A stretch of 64,000 nt of DNA from Anoxybacillus sp. Lineage in GTDB: Bacteria; Bacillota; Bacilli; Bacillales; Anoxybacillaceae. This document shows positions 10,579 to 19,766 of this stretch, one piece after another. The stretch's first letter is position 1, and every line of letters begins with the position of its first letter. The position numbers and the translations under genes are program-made. The stretch is taken from contig DASQMX010000005.1 in assembly GCA_035645275.1 (NCBI GenBank), forward strand, positions 33,332 to 97,331. Direction: 5' to 3'. Below the pieces are notes generated by a model. That model ran no database searches. It was not told where the DNA came from and was given only the letters and a program-made list of their open reading frames with translations.

Positions 10579-12045
10579 TTAGAAATCAAATCGAGATGTA
10601 ATCATTTTTTTGCGCGTATAGAAATTGACGCCGTCTTTTCCGTTTACATGAAGATCACCATAGAACGAATCTTTCCAGCCAGAGAACGGGAAGAACGCCA
10701 TCGTTGCTGGTACGCCGACATTGATCCCTAACATCCCTGCATCTGCTTCTTCGCGGAATTTACGGACGGCTTTCGCGTCTTTTGTATAAATCGTCGCACC
10801 GTTTCCGTATCTAGATTTGCGAATATACTCGAGCGCTTCATCCAAATCCTCTGCACGCAACAAGCTGAGAACCGGAGCAAAAATTTCTTCTTTGGCAATC
10901 GTCATATCCGGTTTGACATGGTCAAAAATTGTTGGACCAAGAAAGTTTCCTTCCGGCATTTCCTCCATTTCTTTGCGTCCGTCGCGAATTAATGTTGCTC
11001 CTTCTTCAATGCCTTTTTCAATGTATCCTAACACTTTCTCACGATGGGATTGACGAATGACAGGGGTTAACAGCACTTCTTCATCCATGCCGTTGCCGAT
11101 AATGAGTTCATCTGCTTTTTGTTTTAAAGCCTTCACAAACTTGCCGTTATCTCCAACGACTACGACTGCGCTGCAAGCCATGCAACGCTGCCCAGCGCTT
11201 CCAAAAGCTGAACTGATGATATGCTGTACTGCTGTCTCTATATCCGCGTCTGGCATGACAATATGATGGTTTTTCGCACCGGAAAGCGCTTGTACGCGTT
11301 TACCTTTGGTTGCTGCACGTTCGTAGACATATTTGGCGACAGGTTGAGAACCGACAAAAGAAATCGCTTTAATATCCTCATGATCAATTAAGGCATTTAC
11401 GACATCATGAGCTCCGTGAACGACATTTAGAACTCCTTCCGGTGCGCCGGCTTGTGTAAATAATTCAGCCAATTTGTTAGCTAAGATAGGAGTTCGTTCG
11501 GACGGTTTTAAAACGAACGTATTCCCGCAGGCAATGGCTAATGGGAACATCCAAAGCGGCACCATCATCGGAAAATTAAATGGCGTAATACCGCCAACAA
11601 CCCCGAGCGGATAACGGAACATTTCTGAATCAATATCTTCAGCAATCCCAGACAGTGACTCCCCCATCATTAAAGTGGGTGCCCCCGCAGCGAACTCCAC
11701 GCACTCAATCCCGCGCTGAATCTCACCATACGCTTCTTTGTATGCTTTCCCGTTTTCTTGAACAACAAGCCTTGCTAACTCCTCATGATGTTCATTCAAT
11801 AAATGATGAAATTTAAACATAACCCGCGCCCGTTTCGGAACCGGAGTATTTTTCCATGTTTCAAACGCTTTTTTCGCAGCTTGAACAGCCTTCTCTACGT
11901 CTTCCTTTGTGGAAATCGGGACTCTTGCCAACACTTCTCCCGTCGCTGGATTTGGAACCTCCAACGTTTCTGTTCCGCTTGATTCTACCCATTGTCCGTT
12001 AATAAAGTTTTTTAATACCTTTGTCTCGTTCTTCGTTACAGTCAT
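10579..12045 (-). CDS. mmsA: CoA-acylating (methyl)malonate-semialdehyde dehydrogenase
   Basis: [45 protein letters not shown]...[13 protein letters not shown]. Confidence 0.92.
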   Translation of the reverse strand: MTVTKNETKVLKNFINGQWVESSGTETLEVPNPATGEVLARVPISTKEDVEKAVQAAKKAFETWKNTPVPKRARVMFKFHHLLNEHHEELARLVVQENGKAYKEAYGEIQRGIECVEFAAGAPTLMMGESLSGIAEDIDSEMFRYPLGVVGGITPFNFPMMVPLWMFPLAIACGNTFVLKPSERTPILANKLAELFTQAGAPEGVLNVVHGAHDVVNALIDHEDIKAISFVGSQPVAKYVYERAATKGKRVQALSGAKNHHIVMPDADIETAVQHIISSAFGSAGQRCMACSAVVVVGDNGKFVKALKQKADELIIGNGMDEEVLLTPVIRQSHREKVLGYIEKGIEEGATLIRDGRKEMEEMPEGNFLGPTIFDHVKPDMTIAKEEIFAPVLSLLRAEDLDEALEYIRKSRYGNGATIYTKDAKAVRKFREEADAGMLGINVGVPATMAFFPFSGWKDSFYGDLHVNGKDGVNFYTRKKMITSRFDF

Positions 12046-12115
12046 AACGGTAGACCTCCTATTTTTATTATCAGAAAATTATTTCATTTTAACAAAATTA
12101 TCTCTCAATTTGTAA

Positions 12116-12175
12116 AAGCCTTCATTAGACATAATGTAAAATTTCTAGCTTTATTCATTCCACAATATGACAATC
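12116..12175. promoter_or_regulatory. candidate operator of the PucR-family regulator upstream of mmsA
   Basis: AAGCCTTCATTAGACATAATGTAAAAT closely matches AAGCTTTTCATTATACAATTTGTTAAAT upstream of the pyd operon (23579). Confidence 0.45.
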
Positions 12176-12306
12176 CCCTTTCACCTATTCATATATATCC
12201 AGATTGATTAGGAGAAAGTTTATAAGTTAGAAGCCCTACCGTAATTGTTGAACCATAGAGGTGTAACCTATAAGACTATTGGCGCGTCTAAAGTATTACA
12301 AATCGT

Positions 12307-12738
12307 TTGGTGAGGTGTTCAAAACTGCGAAATTACTTTATGGCGTTTTTTTTAATCACAACTTTTTTTGTAGCGGGATGCAAAAATGTAGAAAATCATT
12401 TTGAAACCCATTCCTCTGTTACAGCATACGAAAAGAAACAAGGTGTAATAAAAGTAGAACTAATGGGTGAAAATTTTGCTACATTTGAAAATGAGAAAGA
12501 TATAGAGGTTTTTGTTAACGCTGTAAAAAATGCTAAAAAAATAGCTGGAGTTTTAGATGTAGTAAAGAGCAATTACGAATTTCATTTGATTTACGCAAAT
12601 AACAAAACTAAATCCTTTTTTCTTTGGTTAGATAACGAGGAACAAACTGGAATGATAATGGATAAGGAAGATACACACACAGGTTACAAATTACAAAAAA
12701 GGGACGTATTGGAATTGCAAAAATTAGTAACAAAATAA
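12307..12738 (+). CDS. putative lipoprotein
   Basis: Hydrophobic signal ending in lipobox VAGC; GAGGTG RBS suggests a start near 12325; followed by hairpin 12739-12765. Confidence 0.7.
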   Translation: MVRCSKLRNYFMAFFLITTFFVAGCKNVENHFETHSSVTAYEKKQGVIKVELMGENFATFENEKDIEVFVNAVKNAKKIAGVLDVVKSNYEFHLIYANNKTKSFFLWLDNEEQTGMIMDKEDTHTGYKLQKRDVLELQKLVTK

Positions 12739-12884
12739 AAGCATCGAGGTCAATTCGATGCTTTTCCTTGTTTCATTTCAGTTTAAAATGAATAAATCGT
12801 TTTTTTAGGTAGAACCTGTTATATCAGAATTCACTATGATGTAACAGAGCCTCCAAAAAACTCCCCTACTTTTGTAGAAGAGTT

Positions 12885-14498
12885 CTATTGATCATTTTGA
12901 ACATATTGATTTTCATCGCTCGGTGTTAAATATTCGTATACCTTAATCATAAATTCAATCGCTAAACGTTTTTCTGGACTCATAAAATCGTCGCCCAACA
13001 ATTTTTCTAGCTTTTGAATACGATGATAGAGCGTTTGTCTAACTACAAATAATCTTTTGGCTGTTTCTTTTTTCGATCCGTTGCATGCCAAATAAATTTT
13101 TAATGTTTCCATCAGTTTGCCGTTGTATTTTTTATCATATTGGATGACAGGTTCTAAATATTCCATCACCACTTCTTGCAAGTCGCTGTATTTATGAATA
13201 AGGGAGATAATGCGGTACATATGTAAGTCTTCATAAAAATGGCTATTTGCTTTTTTCTCAAGGTGGTGTTGAAGTTTAATCGTTTCAAGTGCGGTTCGAT
13301 AACTTTTGTCCATATGAGAGAGGTTTTCTACAAACTTTCCGACACCCAGATAGAAATACGGCCCCCTTTTTTTATTGACAAAATCAGACTCCATCAAACG
13401 TTGAATTCCCGTTTTCATGCGGTTTTTCCATGTTTTGATGTCACGTTTGTTCAACATAATGAAAATGACGCTATTGCGAAAATCAATGGAAAATGTATAG
13501 AAGCCTTGTTGTTCAAAAATGGTTCGAAACAATAATTTAAAATAAGTACTATCCAGGTTCGAGTATTGTCTCCATGATTTGAATTTACAAATACTAACAA
13601 ATCCACCTCTTGGCTTTAATTCCGGTTCGTGATCGGTTAAATAGTCGGAAATGGCTTCGCTGCTATGTTCTCCTTCCAACCAACCCTTTAGCCACTCATT
13701 TTCTTGTGCCCGTTTTTTTTCCACGACATATAAATCACGTAATAAGTGTTGGGCAAGAGCCGTAGCCGTCCGGTCTAAAATAAGAAGATCAAATTCACTG
13801 ATTTCTTTTTCTACTGAAACGATAGATAATTCGGCATACTCGTTGCCAAGAAGCTGTATCGCTTGAGAAGCTGTCTTTTTCGGTTGTTGGGATGGATGGA
13901 CGAACAATGAAATCTGTTCTTGGGAATGTTCCACATGTTCCGGTACAAACTCCGCTTCTTTTCCGTTCAGCCGAAAAATCACTTGATGACCTAAATAGTT
14001 GTGTAGAAATTTTAAAATCTCATGATAATGCTCAATCGACAACAATTTTTTGTTTAATTGCTGTGAATACGATTCTAAATTAGAGATCATTTGATAATGC
14101 TGGTTAATTAAGTAAGTGTGGATATCTTGGGTGATTTCGACGAAAGGAACTTCTTTTAAAAAGAGAATAATTGGAAAGTGGTGTTCGTTGGCCAAATTAA
14201 TGATTTCTTGTGGAATAGAAGAAGTATAGGTTCCCATTTCAATACATAATCCCGAAGCATCGCATTCAATCAATTGATGCAAAAAAGAGATGAATAACGA
14301 TTTATTTTCCTTCCATCCTACTCCGGTGGATAAGATGAGTTCTTTTCCGTTTAATAGTTTGTTAATTTTTGCGACCTCAACAATATGCACCCATTTCACC
14401 GTGCGGTTTAGCCCCTCACGCCCGGCAACCACTTGAATATGTTCAAAATGTTTCCTTTTTAAAACATCTGAAACGGTGAATTGAAAATGTTCATGCAC
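12885..14498 (-). CDS. PucR/CdaR family transcriptional regulator
   Basis: VVAGREGLNRTVKWVHIVE...GKELILSTG PucR domain; C-terminal HTH ETAKRLFVVRQTLYHRIQKLE; AAGGAGG RBS. Confidence 0.9.
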   Translation of the reverse strand: MHEHFQFTVSDVLKRKHFEHIQVVAGREGLNRTVKWVHIVEVAKINKLLNGKELILSTGVGWKENKSLFISFLHQLIECDASGLCIEMGTYTSSIPQEIINLANEHHFPIILFLKEVPFVEITQDIHTYLINQHYQMISNLESYSQQLNKKLLSIEHYHEILKFLHNYLGHQVIFRLNGKEAEFVPEHVEHSQEQISLFVHPSQQPKKTASQAIQLLGNEYAELSIVSVEKEISEFDLLILDRTATALAQHLLRDLYVVEKKRAQENEWLKGWLEGEHSSEAISDYLTDHEPELKPRGGFVSICKFKSWRQYSNLDSTYFKLLFRTIFEQQGFYTFSIDFRNSVIFIMLNKRDIKTWKNRMKTGIQRLMESDFVNKKRGPYFYLGVGKFVENLSHMDKSYRTALETIKLQHHLEKKANSHFYEDLHMYRIISLIHKYSDLQEVVMEYLEPVIQYDKKYNGKLMETLKIYLACNGSKKETAKRLFVVRQTLYHRIQKLEKLLGDDFMSPEKRLAIEFMIKVYEYLTPSDENQYVQNDQ

Positions 14499-14708
14499 CT
14501 CTTTTTCACCTCCTTAAAATAGATAACTCGCTCATTCTTTTGACGTAGTGGAATGAAAGAATATTGCGATGAATTCGTGTCACCTGACTTGCCATGTTGC
14601 AAAAGTTAAACAGGTTCTATATAGTAATCATATTCAGCACAAAATAACAGATTCCTTCTAAACAGAAAAAAGAGGGACTGGCTGCCTCCCAATCCCTCTT
14701 CTCAATCA

Positions 14709-14939
14709 TTAATGAATAGGAATATAGATTTGAATTTCTTTCATCATCCAATTGAACTGTTCTTGGTCGTGAAAATCGTCACTGCTCCAATTATCAATAA
14801 TCCATTGCACAAGTTCTTCCGGCGTATTAAATACTTCCCCACTCGAATCGGCTTTTCGAATCATGTATCTACCGTTGTCCTCATCAATCGTCACTTCACA
14901 TGGAAAAGCACTATCCTTTGCTTGCAAAGAAAATTCCAC
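14709..14939 (-). CDS. hypothetical protein (76 aa)
   Basis: GAGGA RBS before GTG; followed by hairpin 14667-14701. Confidence 0.6.
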   Translation of the reverse strand: MEFSLQAKDSAFPCEVTIDEDNGRYMIRKADSSGEVFNTPEELVQWIIDNWSSDDFHDQEQFNWMMKEIQIYIPIH

Positions 14940-15015
14940 GGTGATTCCTCTTATAAATATTTTTAATATTAAGAAATCAAAAGGCGCGCTTGGGCTACTA
15001 ATGACATTTACTGGA

Positions 15016-15249
15016 TTATTGCGCTTGTTTCATTTGTTGAATTAACAGAGACGAAAAATATTTGCGGGCATCGGCATTTTTGATGTGCAATGTTTCTGTG
15101 AATTTCTTTTTTTCGACAGGATCCGGTTTTTTTAATTCAAATTCTACAAACGCTCCGCTTAAATTTTCTTTGACACTTTTGATGTAATACCCCTGTTGGA
15201 TTAAATAGTCGATTTGATCCCTCTCCGCTAAAAATTCTTGATAAGACAT
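15016..15249 (-). CDS. hypothetical protein (77 aa), last gene of the pyd operon
   Basis: AAGGAGG RBS directly after the NCS1 stop codon. Confidence 0.7.
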   Translation of the reverse strand: MSYQEFLAERDQIDYLIQQGYYIKSVKENLSGAFVEFELKKPDPVEKKKFTETLHIKNADARKYFSSLLIQQMKQAQ

Positions 15250-15263
15250 CCTGATCGCCTCCT

Positions 15264-16745
15264 TTAATCTAACGAAATAGTTGCATTTTCGCTAACAACA
15301 GAAGATGATACCCCAACGTTATCTTCGATTTGCCAATCTCTGCCCACGGTGATCCCTAAATATTTTTCATCATCTGGATCTTCAATTTCTGCTTGCTTAT
15401 ATTTTTGGAACCACCAATATTTCGCTAAAAAGTAATAACATACCGCACCGACAAGGAAACCGACGACAAAGGAATAGTTGGCAAGGAAATAGGCTGCTGT
15501 TCCACCAATGATCCAGGAGATAAATCCAGCAAGATTAAAACCGTTTAAATAACGGAATTGCCCGTCTTCTTTATAAAGGTCATATACATTGACGCGCCGT
15601 TTGCGAAGCAAATAATAGTCGGCAAACAAAATCCCGACAATGGATGATAATACACCGCCGCAGACTAACAATGCCGGAATGATAATGTTAAACAAACTCC
15701 AAGGTTGAACGATCGTTCCGGTGAGACCTGCAGCAAATACCCCCGCCCAAAATGGAAACTTTGGGCCGCCGACATTGGAGAAAATCGTCGCCGCTGGAAT
15801 GACATTTGCTGACGTGTTTGTGGACCATTGGGCAAGGACAATCATGAGTAATAAAATACCTAGAATCATTCCGCTGGCTGCTTCTTGAAGGGCAAACACA
15901 GGATCATAGTTTTGAAGTGCAATATAGGAAACCGCACCAATCACAACCATAAACGTTTGGGTAACGGTTAAAGCAAATATATTCCCAATAAGTGACGCTT
16001 TATTTCGTCTAAACCAGTTTTTTTCATATTTTGGCGCTTTAATGAACCTTGAAATCGAAGGCATATCCGCAGCAAGTGTAGACCAGAACCCCATATTACT
16101 CATGATCACGACGATAAAGGCTGTGACAGCCGCCCCGCCAGTGACGGGATTTTCCACCCAAGACCAAATATGGCGGCCCTCTTCTAACGCCCTTTCAGAA
16201 AGCGTTGTGTACATCCAAGCAGAAATGATAATAATGATCGGAGCGGCCAAATCCGCAAATCGTTCAATCGCTTTAATTCCTAAGGCTGTATTGATTAATT
16301 GGACAGCCGCGAAAATGAGATAGCACAAAAACCAATTATCAAAATCAAATAAAATGTTTAATATTCCGTTTATGGCTGTTGAGCCGAAATACGTATTAAT
16401 ACCGAACCAACAGGAAGCGGCAAATCCGCGGATGATAGAAGGGATATGTGTGCCAATCGTTCCAAACGGTGCGCGCATATAGACCGGGAACGATAAACCA
16501 TGCTCAATACCAATATCTCCAATGATAGTCATAAATAAGCCAATCGCCGCCGAACCAATGATTGTCGCCAAAATGACCCAACCAAGAGATAAGTTTTGCA
16601 CACCAGCACCGCCAATGGCAAACGCTGCAAGCACCACTGCCATGCCAACCCAAATGAACGCGAACCCTAACGCACCAATGGTTTTACCGCTGTGTGCGAT
16701 CGGCAAAAGGTCTGGGGATTTTAAATAATTCGATTTCTTACTCAT
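15264..16745 (-). CDS. NCS1 family nucleobase (uracil/dihydropyrimidine) transporter
   Basis: 12 TM; HGLSFPVYMRAPFG, WFGINT, QPW, ADYYLLR motifs. Confidence 0.9.
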   Translation of the reverse strand: MSKKSNYLKSPDLLPIAHSGKTIGALGFAFIWVGMAVVLAAFAIGGAGVQNLSLGWVILATIIGSAAIGLFMTIIGDIGIEHGLSFPVYMRAPFGTIGTHIPSIIRGFAASCWFGINTYFGSTAINGILNILFDFDNWFLCYLIFAAVQLINTALGIKAIERFADLAAPIIIIISAWMYTTLSERALEEGRHIWSWVENPVTGGAAVTAFIVVIMSNMGFWSTLAADMPSISRFIKAPKYEKNWFRRNKASLIGNIFALTVTQTFMVVIGAVSYIALQNYDPVFALQEAASGMILGILLLMIVLAQWSTNTSANVIPAATIFSNVGGPKFPFWAGVFAAGLTGTIVQPWSLFNIIIPALLVCGGVLSSIVGILFADYYLLRKRRVNVYDLYKEDGQFRYLNGFNLAGFISWIIGGTAAYFLANYSFVVGFLVGAVCYYFLAKYWWFQKYKQAEIEDPDDEKYLGITVGRDWQIEDNVGVSSSVVSENATISLD

Positions 16746-17055
16746 ACCATCACTCCTTCAATCAGGCTTTTTTCATTCAAAAATAAGCCTTTGCTTAAAG
16801 AACAGCGCATTTGCTCACCTTACCATCGTTTGACAATAAACGTAAATCTCCATCTGCGTGAAGATTCGCGTCTCTCTACTGCTGATTTGTTAAACCAATT
16901 GGATTCTAAACAGCGGTGGTCTCCGACTGACTTGCCGCTGCTTAGAACAGGAGCAAGGTCAAGCAATTGCATGGAGTGATTCATATGGAGTGATAAGATT
17001 GCTCATGATTTTAGAGTACAGCCTGAGCAACGTCCCTAATGAATCGTCCATCCTA

Positions 17056-18474
17056 TTAAATGGTTAATTTCTCATCTTGCTTTGAAACTGTATCATTTCC
17101 GTATTTTGCTCGCTTTAAATATTGACCATAACCCGCCTTTCCGACAAATGTTTTGTCACGAATAACAAATTCGCCTCTAGAAAGGACAGACACCGGTTCA
17201 CCCGTGACTTTCATTCCTTCAAACGCATTGTAATCGACGGCCATATGATGGGTTTCAGCTGAAATAATACGTTCCACATTTGGATCGAAAATGACTAAGT
17301 CGGCATCAGTTCCTACAGCAATGGTGCCTTTTTTCGGGAATAATCCAAACAGCTTCGCAATTCTTGTAGACATGATGTCGACAAATTGATTTAATGTAAT
17401 TCTTCCTTTCTTCACACCTTCACTAAAGAGGATACTTACGCGATCCTCAATGATCGGTCCGCCGTTCGGAATTTTTGTGAAATCGCCTCTGCCAAGTTCT
17501 TTTTGCCCTTTAAAGTCGAAGGAGCATTGGTCGGAACCTAACGTTTGTAGTTGACCGTTTTTCAAAGCATTCCACAACACATCTTGATGCCATTTTTCGC
17601 GAAGCGGAGGAGACCAGACGTATTTCGCGCCTTCAAAATTCGGCTTTTCTAAGTAAGATTGGTCAAGAACTAAATATTGTGGACATGTTTCTCCCCATAC
17701 ATCCAATCCTTTGTTGCGCGCTTCAGCAATTTTTTCCACGGCTTGTGCGCAGGAAACGTGAACGACATAAAGTTGAGAGCCGGCGAGTCCGGTTAATTGG
17801 CATGCGCGTCCTGTCGCCTCCCCTTCCACTTCCGGTGGTCTTGTCAGCGCATGGTAAATCGGATCGGTGTTGCCATCAGCGAGCGCTTTTTTCGTTAAAT
17901 AATCGATAACGTCACCGTTTTCGGCATGAACCATCACAAGGGCACCAAGCTCTTTCGCAGCCACTAACGTACGGTATAAAGTGCCATCGTCCGCTTGGAA
18001 TACATTTTTATACGCCATGAATACTTTAAACGATGTAATCCCTTCTTCTTCAATGACTTTCGGCAATTCTTCCAACACATCGTCATTAATTTCGCCAATC
18101 ATTAAATGAAATCCATAATCGATGACCGCTTTTCCTTTTGCTTTGTTATGCCAAATTTCAATCGCTTTTTTCAATGGCTCGCCTTTATTTGTTAAACAAA
18201 AGTCAATAATCGTTGTCGTTCCGCCAAATGCCGCTGCGATCGTTCCTGATTCAAAATCGTCTTTTGTCACCGTGCCACCAAACGGCATATCTAAATGCGT
18301 ATGCGGATCAATGCCGCCCGGAAACACATAACATCCTTTTGCGTCAATCACTTCCGCGTCTTTTTCCTCTAAATTTCGGCCAATCATCGCAATTTTACCG
18401 TCTTCAATCAGCAAATCGGCTTTATACGTATCGGTTGCCGTGACAATCGTTCCGTTTTTAATGATCTTTTTCAC
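17056..18474 (-). CDS. hydA: dihydropyrimidinase (D-hydantoinase)
   Basis: PGGIDPHTH, FKVFMAYK, VHAENG, VVHVS, GSDQC, IPNG; the GTG start codon is split by an IS insertion. Confidence 0.95.
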   Translation of the reverse strand: MKKIIKNGTIVTATDTYKADLLIEDGKIAMIGRNLEEKDAEVIDAKGCYVFPGGIDPHTHLDMPFGGTVTKDDFESGTIAAAFGGTTTIIDFCLTNKGEPLKKAIEIWHNKAKGKAVIDYGFHLMIGEINDDVLEELPKVIEEEGITSFKVFMAYKNVFQADDGTLYRTLVAAKELGALVMVHAENGDVIDYLTKKALADGNTDPIYHALTRPPEVEGEATGRACQLTGLAGSQLYVVHVSCAQAVEKIAEARNKGLDVWGETCPQYLVLDQSYLEKPNFEGAKYVWSPPLREKWHQDVLWNALKNGQLQTLGSDQCSFDFKGQKELGRGDFTKIPNGGPIIEDRVSILFSEGVKKGRITLNQFVDIMSTRIAKLFGLFPKKGTIAVGTDADLVIFDPNVERIISAETHHMAVDYNAFEGMKVTGEPVSVLSRGEFVIRDKTFVGKAGYGQYLKRAKYGNDTVSKQDEKLTI

Positions 18475-18475
18475 T

Positions 18476-18695
18476 TCGCATCCTGGTTACTAAAATCTAT
18501 AAAAATCGACACATCGCGATGGAACCAGAAAACATCGCCTGCCGCCCGGATTTTCACCGAGTTCCATCAGGAAGGGAATCCCCTTGTCATTCACCTATTG
18601 TGAAAGACACCCCGTGGCTCGCTGTTAGCGACGGCACCTGTCGTGCACCATTCCTTCCATCGGTCAGTACACGACAACGATTTTCGTAACCAGGT
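18476..18695 (-). ncRNA. putative TnpB omega/reRNA scaffold (element right end)
   Basis: 220-nt non-coding segment 3' of tnpB closed by a 15/16-bp stem (18482-18497 with 18679-18694) with several internal hairpins, ending a few nt before the element boundary. Confidence 0.6.
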
Positions 18696-19553
18696 TTACA
18701 CCTCCTTCAGTTGAATTTGATACTGGTTCAGCCAACAACATTTGTGCAACACATTCCATAATGACCATTCATGCTCTTGTTTGAAGTTCTCTATTTTGCC
18801 TAACATCATCGCGATCAATTGGCGTTGTTTCGTTCCGCTGTTCGATTGCTTGTAGGATTCTTCCATAGACCCTAACATGGCCATCAAATAGCGTTTCACT
18901 TTACTTTTTATGGTGTCAATGAGTTCCTTTGGTAACCGTTCACGATATCCTAACCCTCTCCTGCCAATCACCAAAGCGGCACTTTCATGAACGGATACCC
19001 CATACTTTTTCATATACTTAAAACGTCCGATGACACTTGTGTACGCCGGATTCACCTTTTTGATGCGAAACCCAAGCCGTAAGCCCCGACGAAGGATGGT
19101 GTCAGTCAGTTTTTTCTTTTTGAAAGCGTGTGTCAATCGATTGAATCGTTTGTCCGTATCGTGCTGCTGTCTTAGTTGAATGTTTTCGATGACCACTGCC
19201 CCCACATTCTCTTGAAGCAGCCAATCATACATATCACGCACGGTTTCGCCAATGATGTTGTTTCTCTTATTCGCTCTTACGTATTCCAGTTCATGACAGT
19301 AAAACACTTTTGATTGAAGAAAATTTCCTTGTTTTGAAACGATACTCACCGCGATTCGGTCAATGTTGATATCAATCCCAGCAATTCGCTCCGCTTGAAT
19401 CGGTTCATCGTAGGGAAGTTCTCTACCATACACTTCTTCCTCATAAATGAGATGGAGATAATACTCTCCGTTTTTGCGTTTGATTTCGACGGTGTACGGT
19501 TGATATTCCATGATAGGCTTCCCTTTTGAATTCACGCCCACCTGCTCACCCAT
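18696..19553 (-). pseudogene. tnpB: N-terminally truncated TnpB-related RuvC protein
   Basis: RuvC-I AGIDIN, RuvC-II VVIEN, VNPAYTS, atypical RuvC-III VHESAALVIGRRG, no zinc finger; coding frame continues upstream (PFLVPEKYEQEIIDVI) to a deletion junction near 19605. Confidence 0.8.
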
Positions 19554-19725
19554 GATGACATCGATGATTTCCTGTTCATATTTTTCAGGAACAAGGAAGG
19601 GGGAGATGATTTTTTATCATAAGACGGGAGACGATGGAAAAGATGGAGAACATCCATCCCCCATGTTCAATCACAGGAGATTTTTACATGATTTCATACA
19701 TTTTTATAGATGTTTAACAAACTGC

Positions 19726-19738
19726 TTATACCTCCTTT
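19726..19738 (-). promoter_or_regulatory. orphaned native RBS of hydA
   Basis: AAAGGAGG at 19731-19738 (minus) after the preA stop, now 1.25 kb from the hydA ORF. Confidence 0.75.
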
Positions 19739-19766
19739 TTTGTTTGGATCTAGTCATGTTAAAAGT

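Larger units (their letters stand above)
18476..19723 (-). mobile_element. non-autonomous, internally deleted IS607-type tnpB element (about 1248 bp)
   Basis: ACT shared at 18473-75 and 19721-23; removing the element restores GGAGG-N8-GTG of hydA; about 10-bp AAAAATCTAT-like repeats at both ends in inverted orientation; no tnpA. Confidence 0.8.

Noticed and set aside
18696-19553. Cas12f/Cas14 effector of a CRISPR system
   Set aside because: No repeat-spacer array or cas genes nearby; the context and ends are those of an IS
18473-19723. IStron (self-splicing group I intron + IS607) explanation for the insertion at the hydA start
   Set aside because: Only about 120 nt precede the tnpB remnant, no group I core is recognisable, and no register of the AGT overlap gives both an exon-terminal U and an intron-terminal G
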